64,000 nt of DNA from Eledone cirrhosa (GCA_964016885.1 OZ024741.1:264616001-264680000), one strand, 5' to 3'; shown: positions 1-12,081, counted from the first letter of the stretch. Notes: a model not told the origin generated them from the letters alone. Translations and numbers: made by a program.

Positions 1-60
1 TTTTCCATTTCTTTATGATATAACAATATTATACACACATACACACACACATATATATAT

Positions 61-110
<50 letters not shown>

Positions 111-128
111 GCAGACATATATATATAT

Positions 129-161
<33 letters not shown>

Positions 162-195
162 CACGCACACAAACATACATACACACACATATATG

Positions 196-255
<60 letters not shown>

Positions 256-256
<1 letters not shown>

Positions 257-320
257 TGAGATGGAGGGTCTGTGGTTTTTCTCACATCATGTGAGAAAAA
301 CCACAGACCCTCCATCTCAA
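256..320. repeat. 65-bp perfect palindrome (32-bp arms, 1-nt centre) immediately 5' of a hammerhead motif
   Basis: TTGAGATGGAGGGTCTGTGGTTTTTCTCACAT-C-ATGTGAGAAAAACCACAGACCCTCCATCTCAA, embedded in (TA)n. Confidence 0.95.
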
Positions 321-324
321 CTCA

Positions 325-362
325 CCTTTTGAAAAGCAGAAGAACTGCGAAACCGGTAAAGG
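325..362 (+). ncRNA. Minimal type-I hammerhead ribozyme (U3-A8 core variant)
   Basis: stem I CCTT/AAGG; core TTGAAAA; stem II GCAG-aagaa-CTGC; GAAA; palindromic stem III A-CCGG-T; cleavage triplet GTA. Confidence 0.8.
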
Positions 363-464
363 AACCAAATAAATATATATATATTTTTTTAAATAAGACT
401 CCAGTTGCATTTTCGATTTCATCTTTTTTCCTTATATATATATACATATATATATATATATAAA

Positions 465-646
465 ACGGAGGTGGTGTGGTAAGGAACCATAACGCACCAG
501 AGTACTCAATACTTAGGGTAATAGAGTGGGTAATACGAAAATGTTTCACCCCGACGGCAGAGCTCAAGCCGTTTCGACGTCTATTTGAGTCCAGAAATAG
601 CCGTCGAAACGGCTTCAGCTCTGCCGTCGGGGTCATACTTGTTCCT
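465..646 (+). mobile_element. Short fold-back element family (leader plus hairpin built from the 3' half of a hammerhead), copy 1
   Basis: Leader ACCATAACGCACCAGAGTACTCAATACTTAGGG is shared with 32213-32338 and 46703-46892; hairpin at 548-633; (TA)n flanks. Confidence 0.8.
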
Positions 647-723
647 ATATATATATATATATCCGTATGTGGTTGACGAAGTAGAGTTTTAATATTCATT
701 TTATTAATGCTAAAAAGTGAGTC

Positions 724-770
724 TTATTACTCTCGAGTTTCGCCTGTTTATATCAGGGTCGTCGAACATA
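724..770 (-). ncRNA. Degenerate hammerhead-like motif
   Basis: Minus strand TCGACGA-CCCTG-atataaa-CAGGC-GAAA-CTCGAGAG-TA; core is mutated. Confidence 0.4.
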
Positions 771-1302
771 TATGTGTGTGTATGTGTGTGCGCGCCATGT
801 GTGTGTGTGTGTGTGTGTGTGTGTACATATGCATATATATACATATATCATATATATGTGGTAGATATGTGTGTAACTATAGTTATCGGTGGTTATTCGG
901 TTAAAGCACTCAATGCTGTTTTATGGTGTAATGTTTTCTTCGTTCCTGTATAATTACTTACACACACACACACATACACGCACACACACACACACACACA
1001 CACATATATACACACACACACATATATATATATATGCATACACACATACACACACACATACACACATATATACATATACATACACACATACATACAGACA
1101 CGCACACACACACATATATACATACACACATATACACATATAACTATTTAATTATTTATTATAAATAAATAAAAGAAAGAGCTGGTTAATTCGTCAATGA
1201 TGTTTAACAACTGATATATCCTATTACAGATGGTGAAAGACTCATAATAAACGGCCTGGCATGGAAACCGTGCAAACATTTAACCAAGCTCACTCAAATG
1301 AA

Positions 1303-2072
1303 GACACGTGGCTTAGTAGTTAGGGTATTCGGCTCACAATCGTGAGGTGTAAATGGTATATTTTTTATTGTTATTCTAGTTCAGTATAATATATGACCAT
1401 CTGACTGATAAAATGACAAGTCAGTCAATCATATTGTTGGCCTCCCCACAGCTCCGGCGGACAGAATGGAGAAGGCATTCCCCCGAAGGACACCTGCGGC
1501 TGGCCAGTTCAGCACCTATGGTGGTGAGTAGGGAGGTAGCCCTAGGACCGAGGACACCAGAAGTCTCCACTGCCAAGGGTACAACCGCAAACCTGTCGGA
1601 GAGCGACCGGTATTTGAAGAGTTTGGCCTCCTCAGCCCGACGTGCAGCAGAACCTGGGTTAGTCGCAGACTGCACCAGGTTGCGGCTGCAGAAAGTGTCG
1701 GTGCAAGTGGCATCCCAGACGAGGGGTTTGCCACCGCGGAACGAGAAGATGGTCATGCCATCTGGCCTTTTGCTGTCCCCTCGGTCCAGCCCCACCGCGT
1801 GAGTTCGTTTACTCGCGACACATTGTGTCCTTGAGCAAGGCAATTTATTCCACGTTGCTCCACTCCACTCTGTTGGCAAAAATGAGTTTTACCTGTAATT
1901 CGAAAGGGCAGCCATGTCATATTCTGTGTCGCGCTGAATCTCCCTGAAAACTACGTTAAGGCTACGCGTGTCTGTGGAATGCTCAGCCACTTTCACGTTA
2001 ACTTAACGAGCATGCTGTTCCGTTGATCGGATCAACTGGATTACTCGTCGTCGTAACCGACGAAGTGCCAGT
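1303..2072 (+). mobile_element. tRNA-derived CORE-type SINE split by an insertion (head 1303-1349, body 1797-2072)
   Basis: A-box GTGGCTTAGTAGTTAGG at the head; resumes with B-box-like GAGTTCG and CORE-like GTGTCCTTGAGCAAGGCA; related to 21750-21992. Confidence 0.65.
1350..1796 (-). mobile_element. 3' fragment of a CRE-like non-LTR retrotransposon (RLE endonuclease)
   Basis: ORF 1421-1879 contains DSKRPDGMT...LVWDATCTDT...AEEAKLFKY...VPLAVETSGVLGP, a PD-(D/E)xK RLE signature; AATAAA-containing 3' end near 1350-1370. Confidence 0.75.
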
Positions 2073-2205
2073 TTTACTCAAATAAATTAATAAATAAAAT
2101 TGTCAATGTTGGAGCTTCCAACCTCGAAACCGCATCAATACGTACATACATACATACATACATACATACATACATACATACATACATACATACATACATA
2201 CATAC

Positions 2206-2628
2206 AGAGTGCTGGGCCCTTGGAACCATGTGACGACAGTGCAGAGAGATCTCCAGATATAAAACAATGCCAGTGCCGTGAAGCTTTTATAGTGACCAAA
2301 GGCACTGCACAAAGCCAGTCCCACTCTCTTAACCAAGATGATATTTACCAAAAAGAAGAACAAGTCAACATCATTGGATACCATCAGGGTTGCAGGTGTT
2401 ATATCAGAGTTTTCCTTCTCATAGAATTCTGCCTTGACAAAGGCTAAGGGGTCATCTCTCCCGGTGATTTTGGATGGCCATTGACTCTTAAGAGCTCCTT
2501 TGCCTTTTGCAGGATTTATTTTTAGTCCTGCAGGATGTCCAAAGTCACCCTCCTCACCAAGAAACCTTGTTGGGGTTGCCAGTTTAGTCACCAACGACCC
2601 GACCATGAGACCAACTGGTGACCTGACA
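2206..2628 (-). mobile_element. Non-autonomous RTE-derived element, partial copy
   Basis: Closely similar to about 25118-25571; (TACA)n on both flanks. Confidence 0.8.
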
Positions 2629-2732
2629 TACATGCATACACACATACATACATAGATACATACATACATACATACATACATACATACACACATACACACA
2701 TAGATACATACATACATACATACATACATACA

Positions 2733-2766
<34 letters not shown>

Positions 2767-3025
2767 CATATATACATATATACATACATATATGCATAAA
2801 TACATATATACATACATAAATACATATATACGTATATACATACATATATACATACATATATACATACATGCATACATGGATACATTCATACATATATACA
2901 TACATATATACATACATACATGCATACATATATACATACATGCATACATACATATATACATACATATATACATACATGCATACATACATATATACATACA
3001 TACATGCATACATACATACATACAC

Positions 3026-3056
<31 letters not shown>

Positions 3057-3147
3057 TACATGCATACATACATACATATATACGTTCATACATACATATA
3101 TAGATACATATATAGATACATGCATACATATATACATGCATACATAT

Positions 3148-3178
<31 letters not shown>

Positions 3179-3202
3179 CATACATAAACAGCTCTACAGA
3201 AA

Positions 3203-5446
3203 ATGTCGAATAGGAAATCGCCAGGCCCAGACCTCATTACAGGATACTGGTTGAAGAATTTCACTTTCTATCGGCAAGATCTCATACGGCTGTTTACAGA
3301 AACCATTAAGGGCACACAAGAACTGCCCAGATGGTTATCAACTGCCACTACTCTCCTCATTCCCAAAAATAGCCAAACCACCCTTGCTAAAAATTACCGC
3401 CCAATTGCCTGCCAAAACATCATGTATAAATTATATACTGGGTGCCTTAACCTGTTCTTACAGGATCACTGTGCTACCAACAACATCATAACACCTGAGC
3501 AAGCTGGTGGAAAGAGGGAGGTGTGGGGTTGCATAGATCACCTACTAACTAACAAAATGATTCAGGAAAAAACAACAAAGAATCGCAGAAACATGACTGT
3601 CGTGTGGCTGGACTATCAAAAAGCATTTGATAGTGTACCTCATGGGTGGATTATTAAGGCTTTACAGTTAGCTAAAGTCCCACAACCATTAGTAGCTGCT
3701 GTTGAACGCCTGACCAAGAACTGGTACACCAATTTGATCCTTAGAGGTGAGAAGGAGCAGGTTAAGACTGATAGGATACATTACCAGAAGGGCATCTTTC
3801 AGGGTGATAGCTTGTCAGTACTACTCTTCGTTCTCTCACTGAATCCACTATCTTACCTACTCAGGAAACAAGGTGGACAAAGAAGTGGGCCCAGAAGTAT
3901 CTCCCATCTTTTCTTTGTTGATGACCTGAAGTTGTATGGGCCAAATATCAATGACATCAAGAAACAATTGGACCTCATTACACAATTTTCAACCGACATC
4001 AAAATGAAATTTGGTGAGTCCAAGTGTGCATATTTGGCAGTAAAACGTGGAAGAGCTATGCCCTCCTCTAGAAATCTAGATATGAACGGCCTGACAATAC
4101 AACCTCTGCAGTCAGGTGACAACTACAGATATCTTGGACAGGATGAGAATGTCAGATATGATGGACCCATAAATAAGGAGAGAAACAGAACTGAATACCT
4201 CAGAAGAGTAAAAAAAATATGGTCATCGGAACTGTCAGCATACAACAAATACATTGCCCACAATACCTATGCTGTGCCAATTCTAACGCCAACATTTGGC
4301 CTACTGAACTGGTCATTGCAAGAACTAAGTGAGATGGATGTTAGAACTCGAAAACTTCTCAGTGTTACTGGGAACTTTAACATCAATGGTGATGTGGATA
4401 GGCTATACTTCTCACGCAAGGAAGGTGGCCGGGGTCTAAAATCAATATTAACAACATATGAGACCCGGATAGTAACACTGAAGCAACACCTTCAACAGAG
4501 GAAAAAGGTTGGCGACCATCTTGCTCAGGTTTATGAGCATGAAAAAAGAAATATCATTAGAATAGCGACTGATCTGGAGGAGAGATATGGAATAAAGCCT
4601 GATATAAATCTCTCACCCAGAGAAATCGGAAGATCATATTCAATGTTCAAACAAGAAAAAAAAATTGACCAATTTACAGAGAAAGTTGTGCATGGATACT
4701 TGAGGCGTAAAACACAGACCATAGAGGGGATAAACCACTCAAAAAGCCTGGCATGGAGTTCCGACAAGTTTATGACATCACACCTTGAGGGATATCTCTA
4801 TGCAATACAGGAACAAGAACTCCCTACCAAATATCTGCTGCACAAAAGAGGAGGGCCAGCAGCTGACAATAAATGTAGGCTATGTAAAACAAAGATCGAG
4901 GATGTAAGCCACATTGTTGCCAGCTGCGAAAGAATGTCATCTCGCTACTACCTCCCCATGAGACACGATGGGATAGCTAGAACTATCTGGAACGCACTTC
5001 GGAAAACAAAATTAACAACAAACGAGGAAGAATATATTGAGACAGATGGCACTAAGGAATACTGGTGGAACCTGAAAATAAAAACTGCCACCAAATTAAA
5101 GCACAACCGGCCTGATATTGTAGTTTGGGACCACACATTGAAAACGTGTTCTGTTGTGGAGATCAGCTGCCCACTTGATGTAAACGTTGTCAGAAAAATA
5201 CAGGAGAAGGAGGACATCTACGGACCATTGATGAGGAGCTTACAAATCCAGTATCCAAGATACACCTTTAGCTTCATACCCATCATTATTGGTGTTACGG
5301 GTTATATACCAACCCGCTTGGACCAAAGTATGACCGAACTTGGATTTGCGGACAAAAAGCGCAGCTCCCTAATTCATAGTCTACAAATGGCTGCGATAGC
5401 TGGCACCTTCAAAATTTGCAAAACATTCTTGCGATTCAAGGGATGA
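3203..5446 (+). CDS. R4/Dong-clade non-LTR retrotransposon ORF (RT, CCHC knuckle, RLE endonuclease), 5'-truncated but uninterrupted; element spans about 3187-5527
   Basis: KSPGPD, NYRPIACQN, LDYQKAFDSVPH, GIFQGDSLS, LFFVDD, CRLC..HIVASC, RHD, RPDIVVWD, VEISCP..KEDIY; (TACA)n on both flanks. Confidence 0.93.
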   Translation: MSNRKSPGPDLITGYWLKNFTFYRQDLIRLFTETIKGTQELPRWLSTATTLLIPKNSQTTLAKNYRPIACQNIMYKLYTGCLNLFLQDHCATNNIITPEQAGGKREVWGCIDHLLTNKMIQEKTTKNRRNMTVVWLDYQKAFDSVPHGWIIKALQLAKVPQPLVAAVERLTKNWYTNLILRGEKEQVKTDRIHYQKGIFQGDSLSVLLFVLSLNPLSYLLRKQGGQRSGPRSISHLFFVDDLKLYGPNINDIKKQLDLITQFSTDIKMKFGESKCAYLAVKRGRAMPSSRNLDMNGLTIQPLQSGDNYRYLGQDENVRYDGPINKERNRTEYLRRVKKIWSSELSAYNKYIAHNTYAVPILTPTFGLLNWSLQELSEMDVRTRKLLSVTGNFNINGDVDRLYFSRKEGGRGLKSILTTYETRIVTLKQHLQQRKKVGDHLAQVYEHEKRNIIRIATDLEERYGIKPDINLSPREIGRSYSMFKQEKKIDQFTEKVVHGYLRRKTQTIEGINHSKSLAWSSDKFMTSHLEGYLYAIQEQELPTKYLLHKRGGPAADNKCRLCKTKIEDVSHIVASCERMSSRYYLPMRHDGIARTIWNALRKTKLTTNEEEYIETDGTKEYWWNLKIKTATKLKHNRPDIVVWDHTLKTCSVVEISCPLDVNVVRKIQEKEDIYGPLMRSLQIQYPRYTFSFIPIIIGVTGYIPTRLDQSMTELGFADKKRSSLIHSLQMAAIAGTFKICKTFLRFKG

Positions 5447-5565
5447 CAATTTCTTTTCTTTTACAACCTTGCCACCAGGATGGTGGCCGGTCAAAAAAAT
5501 ATACTCGAAATTAAGAGAAAAAGAAAACATACATACATACATACATACATACATACATACATACA

Positions 5566-5601
<36 letters not shown>

Positions 5602-5671
5602 CATGCATACATACATACATATATACGTTCATACATACATACATACATACATACATACATACATACATACA

Positions 5672-5704
<33 letters not shown>

Positions 5705-5757
5705 TATACATACATACATACATACATACATACATACATACATACATACATACATAC

Positions 5758-6140
5758 GAGGGTCACACAGAGATGTGGCCAGAGAGACAGAGACATTGTT
5801 TAAGAGACAAACTGACAGATAGGAATTGAATGTGGTGGACAGAACAACGACAACCGGCAGCCAGTTTAACTGAGGAGGAAAAGATTGGCTGATTAAAATA
5901 AAGACGTGATTCCTCATCTTTCTACTACTTTTTCCCGTTTTATATCTTTTCTTCTATATTTATTCTCGTCTATTTTCCTTTTTCCTTCCCCTCTCTCCCC
6001 AAACACACCCTTTTCTCTGTCTCATTTTATCATTCGATGAAGGACTAATCACCGAAACGTTTAGACTGTTTTTCAACTATATCATGTGTTAAAATAATGT
6101 AACATCATTGTATTGTTTCTATTTATTGAATTTTATTATG
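5758..6140 (+). mobile_element. Probable Penelope-like 3' remnant with a degenerate hammerhead (about 6031-6068)
   Basis: TCGATGA-AGGACTAATCACC-GAAACGTT after a pyrimidine tract; same layout as 10273-10308 and 49080-49115. Confidence 0.35.
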
Positions 6141-6160
6141 GTTGTGCACATATGTATGTA

Positions 6161-6507
<347 letters not shown>

Positions 6508-6902
6508 AGAACAAAAGATGGTTAAAAGAGTTCCATGTATTTTATTATGCGCATTTCAAAAACAAATATCATCATGCAATAATATTTGTGTTTTCATCAG
6601 ATAAAACAGGAATATATATATATATATATATGGTGTTACTAATCAAGACTAGTAAAACCCTTAAAAGAAATCCTTCTCCTTCTTCTTCTTCTTCTTCTTC
6701 TTGGTTAATAAAATAAAGTCCCAATAATCGGTTCAATCGCCCTTCTCCCCTTCAAAGGGTCACCCAATAAGACCAACTTACAGTAATGCCCTAAATATTT
6801 TAACTTTCTTTTATGCTGTTAAATAAAATGTTCTTACTGTTTGCCATTTGCAACGCCAATTTAAAATGTAAAGTATATCTATATTATTATTATTAGGATA
6901 TT

Positions 6903-7122
6903 ACTGAGTTCAAATCCCGTCGAGATTAACTTTGCCTTTCATACTTACGGGGTCGATAAAATAAAGTACCAGTAATGCACTGGGGTAATTGCTGGCCTTG
7001 TCCCAAAAGTAGAAACAATTATTATTATTACGATAAAATAAAGTACCAGTCAGGCACTGGGGTCGATTTAATCGACTTTCCCCTCCCCTAAAATTGATGG
7101 CCTTGTGCCTATATAAGAAACC
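6903..7122 (+). mobile_element. Two truncated MetaSINE-like SINE copies
   Basis: GAGTTCAAATCCCG B-box; GCCTTTCAT..CGGGGTCGATAAAATAAAGTACC core; GGCCTTGT..AGAAAC tail. Confidence 0.85.
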
Positions 7123-7474
7123 ATTGTTATTGAGAAAGAGGAAGAGATAGATAGAGAGGTAGAGAGAGAGAACGGGGAGAGATAGATATATAGATAGATA
7201 GAGAAAGAGAGGGAGAGAGAGAGAGAGATTATTAGATAGAAAGGTAGATGATAGAGAGATAAATAGAGAGAGAGCAAAAGAGAGACAGACAGATAATTAG
7301 ATAGATATATATATAGAGAGAGGGGGGGTAGATATATAGATAGAGAGAGATTATTAGATAAAAAGGTAGATAGAGAGATAGAGAGATAGATAGAGAATGA
7401 GAAAGAGAGAGAGAGAGAGACACACAGACAAGTAAGGTACTCAATACAGTGCAGAGTATAAATGTTTAATATAG

Positions 7475-7571
7475 AAAAGCTTCTACAGGACTAGAACTGT
7501 TTCATTCGTAAGAAATCATCAGAGCTTCGTGATGATTTCTCACGAATGAAACAGTTCTAGTCCTGTAGAAG

Positions 7572-7576
<5 letters not shown>
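7475..7576. repeat. 102-bp palindrome made of two back-to-back hammerhead-like motifs
   Basis: Plus strand AGCTTC-GTGATGA-tttctcacgaat-GAAA-CAG-ttctagtc-CTG-TA-GAAGCT; the mirror copy on the minus strand has CTGATGA. Confidence 0.8.
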
Positions 7577-7636
<60 letters not shown>

Positions 7637-7651
7637 ATCTATATATCTATA

Positions 7652-7732
<81 letters not shown>

Positions 7733-7921
7733 CGCGAGAGAGGTAGAGGAAGAGGTAGAGAGAGAGAGGGAGAGCGACAGTATATAGTTGTTACATAGAT
7801 AGTGAGACAGAAAAAATATAGAAGGACCTGTTTGTGTGAGGACCAGAGAAAATGGACGTTAAAAAAATTAATCTACTTCAGCAAAGGTCAAATATGTTTT
7901 TTTCTTTATTTTTTAATTAAT

Positions 7922-8830
7922 CTGTGTGTGTGTATGTATATGTGTGTGAGTGTGAGAGTGTTTGTGTGTGTGTATGTATGTGTGTGTGAGTGTGAGAGTG
8001 TTTGTGTGTGTATGTATGTGTGTGTGAGTGTGAGAGTGTTTGTGTGTGTGTATGTATGTGTGTGTGAGTGTGAGAGTGTTTGTGTGTGTGTGTATGTATG
8101 TGTGTGTGAGTGTGAGAGTGTTTGTGTGTGTGTATGTATGTGTGTGTGAGTGTGAGAGTGTTTGTGTGTGTGTATGTATGTGTGTGTGAGTGTGAGAGTG
8201 TTTGTGTGTGTGTGTATGTATGTGTGTGTGAGTGTGAGAGTGTTTGTGTGTGTGTATGTATGTGTGTGTGAGTGTGAGAGTGTTTCTGTGTGTATGTATG
8301 TGTGTGTGAGTGTGAGAGTGTTTGTGTGTGTGTGTATGTATGTGTGTGTGTGTGTGTGTGCGTGTGAGAGTGTTTGTGTGTGTGTATGTATGTGAGTGTG
8401 AGTGTGTATATGTGTATGTATGTGCGTGTTTGTGTGTGTGTAGGTATGTGTGAGTGTGTATATGTGCATGTATGTGTGTGCGTGTTTGTGTGTATGTGTA
8501 TGTATGTGTGTGAGTGTGAGAGTGTTTGCATGTATGTGTGTGAGTGTGAGAGTGTTTGTGTGTGTGTATGTGTGTGAGTGTGAGAGTGTTTGCATGTATG
8601 TGTGTGAGTGAGAGTGTTTGTGTGTGTGTGTATGTGTGTGAGTATGAGAGTGTTTGCATGTATGTGTGTGAGTGTGTGCGTGTGTATGTGTGTGAGTGTG
8701 AGAGTGTTTGTGTGTGTGTGTATGTATGTGTGTGTATGAGTGTGAGAGTGTTTGTATGTATGTGTGTGAGTGTGAGAGTGTTTGTGTGTGTATGTGTGTG
8801 TGAGAGTGTTTGTGTTTGTATGTAAGTATG
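7922..8830. repeat. Compound GT-rich minisatellite (unit about 36-40 bp, GAGTGTGAGAGTGTTTGTGTGTGTGTATGTATGTGTGTGT)
   Basis: Direct tandem repetition. Confidence 0.9.
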
Positions 8831-9500
8831 TGTATATGTATGAGTGTTTGTGTATGTATGTGTGGGAGTGTGTATGTGTATGTGTGAGAGTTTGGAGTGT
8901 TGTGTGTGTGTATATATATATGTATATGTTTTTGCAAGTATGTGTATGTGTGTGTTTGTGTGTATGTACACGTGTGTGTATGCGTGCATATGTGTATGTA
9001 TATGTGTCTATGCGTGTGCATGTGTGTATGTGTAAGTGCGTATGTACGTGTGCATGTATGTGTGCATGTATGTTTCTATGTATATGTGTATGTGTGTGTA
9101 TGTATGTGTGTATGTATATGTGTATATATGTGTGTGTATGTGTGTATGTACGTATGTATGTGTGTACGTATGTATGTATGTATGTGCGTATGTATATGTG
9201 TGTATGTGTGGTTGTATGTATGTATGTATGTAGGTACGTATGTATGTGTGTATGTACGTATGTAGGTATATGTGTATATGTGTATGTATGTGTGTATGTA
9301 TGTGTGTATGTATGTGTGTATGTATGTGTGTCTATAAATATAATTTTACCTTATTTTATTTTATTATATTTTAATCTATATTTATTTTTTACACTTGACC
9401 TTTCTCTTCCTTTACAAAAGAGAACTTGTAGTTTTTAACTAAACCAGCCAACCATAAGTCGACCTGATGTGTAGTCGTAATGGCCACTATATATATATAT

Positions 9501-9568
<68 letters not shown>

Positions 9569-9664
9569 AATATCTGTGTGTGTGTGTGTGTGTGTGTGAG
9601 CCAGTTAGCCTAGCCTCCTTTGTCCGTTGTCATGACAAATGTTCTGATAGATACATCACACGCA

Positions 9665-9695
<31 letters not shown>

Positions 9696-9884
9696 GCATG
9701 CACACACACACAAAGATTCATAGATTCATATATATAATAAGGGTTGACGGACCCAGCATATTTAACAATGCCAGTACCGGTTGTATCTCAGCGCACTCAA
9801 TGGGCAATGTAAGATACATTACTAGAGTATACACATAGTTATTTGCCTCAATATAACACACGTAAAACGGGTGCCTATAAGGTT

Positions 9885-9986
9885 CCCGGACTCGAGTTTC
9901 TGCCGCACTAATGCAGCAGTAGGGTGCACTGCACCATCTGTCTGCATATATTGTGCACAATCGGCTTATGCGGCTTCATCAGTGGG
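9885..9986 (-). ncRNA. Type-I hammerhead ribozyme with a large stem-II loop
   Basis: CCCA-CTGATGA-A-GCCGCA...about 60 nt...TGCGGC-A-GAAA-CTCGAG-TC-CGGG; stem III ACTCGAGT is a perfect palindrome; one mismatch each next to the core in stems I and II. Confidence 0.6.
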
Positions 9987-10272
9987 TATCGCCTAATCCA
10001 TAACCAATCGATCGACAGAATCCCAACTTTGAAATATTGATATATATATATATATATAATGGAAAAATTTGAACAGGGACAAAACAGAGAGGCAGTACAA
10101 CGAATGTTTATTAATTTCACGCTCTGAAATATATATATATATATATATATATATATCTTTCAAAGTTCCTGTCTACACAAACGTGTGTTTTCCCCCGGCA
10201 AAATGTTTTCTCGTTTTCTTTCCTTCCTTATTATCCTCTATCATATTATTTCTTCTTGTCTCTCACACTTCC

Positions 10273-10308
10273 TCTTCCGATGATCGAATGACGTCCGAAA
10301 CGTCAGGG
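10273..10308 (+). ncRNA. Degenerate minimal hammerhead-like motif
   Basis: TCTT-CCGATGA-tcgaatgacgtcc-GAAACGTC-AGGG. Confidence 0.35.
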
Positions 10309-10439
10309 CGTTTTACTTCCTATATCACGCGTTAAACTAATATGCACCAACATTGTATTGTTTGTTCGCCTGCGTTGTTTTATTTTGTTAACTTTCTCAT
10401 ATATAATACATACATACATACGTAAGTACGTACATACAT

Positions 10440-10834
10440 ACATGGTGGCTGCCAACTCGTTTTCGAGTACGGCCACTACTTTATATCCATCTAGGAGAAC
10501 CCTTACCGATGCGCTGAACGAGTGTGACTTTTTAATCCAGCCAGCGACTTGAAAACTCTGGTACAAACACTACACCTGTGACAATTATTGACACATAGTG
10601 CTGGGCTCTTTGTACCATGTGACGACAAGTGCAGATAGATCTCCAGATATAAAGCAATGCCTGTGTCGTGAAGCTTTTATAGTGAGCAAAGACACTGCAC
10701 AAAGCCAGTCCCACTCTCTTAACCAAGATGATATTTATCAAAAAGAAGAACAAGTCAACATCATTGGATACCATCAGGATTGCAGGTGTTATATCAGAGT
10801 TTTCCTTCTCCTAGAATTCTGCCTTGACAAAGGC
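10440..10834 (-). mobile_element. Non-autonomous RTE-derived element, 3' portion
   Basis: Minus-strand end TGGCCGTACTCGAAAACGAGTTGGCAGCCACCAT(GTAT)n matches the RTE tail at 60477-60510. Confidence 0.85.
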
Positions 10835-10881
10835 AGAATTACATACATAGATACATACATACACACATACATACATACATA

Positions 10882-10922
<41 letters not shown>

Positions 10923-11047
10923 TACATACATACATACATACATACATACATACATACATACATACATACATACATACATACATACATACATACAAAATCT
11001 CAAGCCTAAAACTAACGACGCTTCTGCTCATAAATTCTGCTCATAAA

Positions 11048-11163
<116 letters not shown>

Positions 11164-12034
11164 AAACTTCATTCAAATATATAACTATTCTGTTAGTTAC
11201 GTTTGCAAATAGATAAATAGCTGAAGGGAAAGATGGATGGATGGTCGCATAGTCGGATGAATGGTTGGCTGGGTGGCTGGCTGGCTGTTTGGACAGACGG
11301 ATGACTGGCTGACTGGCTGGACGGATGGATGTGTTATTGATTTAATTAATAACACTTAATTAGTAAATAACTTCCTTTAAGTATGGCGAAAAAAACCTGA
11401 GGCATTTCAACATGGGAACTAAGAATTTATCATGAAAACACTTCTCCGTTCTTTGTTGGACAATTTAGTTTGTTCTCGTTCTAACATAGACACACAAGAC
11501 TCAGAAGTCACTTTACACGTCCCTACAATTAGTTTTTTCATTTGTAGGACGATTAATTATTAACATAACTCCTATCCCCTATCACCGCATTCTTCACATA
11601 ATATATTTAAAGATGGCTGCAAAATGTTTGAAAAAAAAACCCCAGAAAAATAGAAAACCAGGAATGAGAGAGGGAAGAAAACAGAAAAAAAAAACACCGA
11701 AAACAAATAAAACAGAAATAAAAATGATAAGAAGAAAAAAGAAGCAGAAAAGATGGATGGAAAGAAAGAATAAAAAAAAAACAGAAAAAGAGAACTAGGA
11801 ATGGGAGAGGGTAGAAAACAAAAAAAAAACACACAGAAAACAAATATAAATATAACCAAAATAAAAACAAGAAAAAACAGAAAAGGGGGACAAAAAAAAA
11901 GAATAAAACTGAAAAGGACAAAATTAAACAAGAAAAACAGATAAAACAGAGGAAAATGTCTTTTCGCCATTTCAGCAAAGGTCTTTTGTTGCAAGCAGAA
12001 GGCAAAGAAAAGTCCCTGGTTATCCTTATGAAAG

Positions 12035-12081
<47 letters not shown>

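Noticed and set aside
2100-2447. Recurrent short ORF (ERSPDIKQCQCREAFIV…) as a gene family
   Set aside because: It is the antisense reading of a repeated non-autonomous element, with start codons coming from variable flanks
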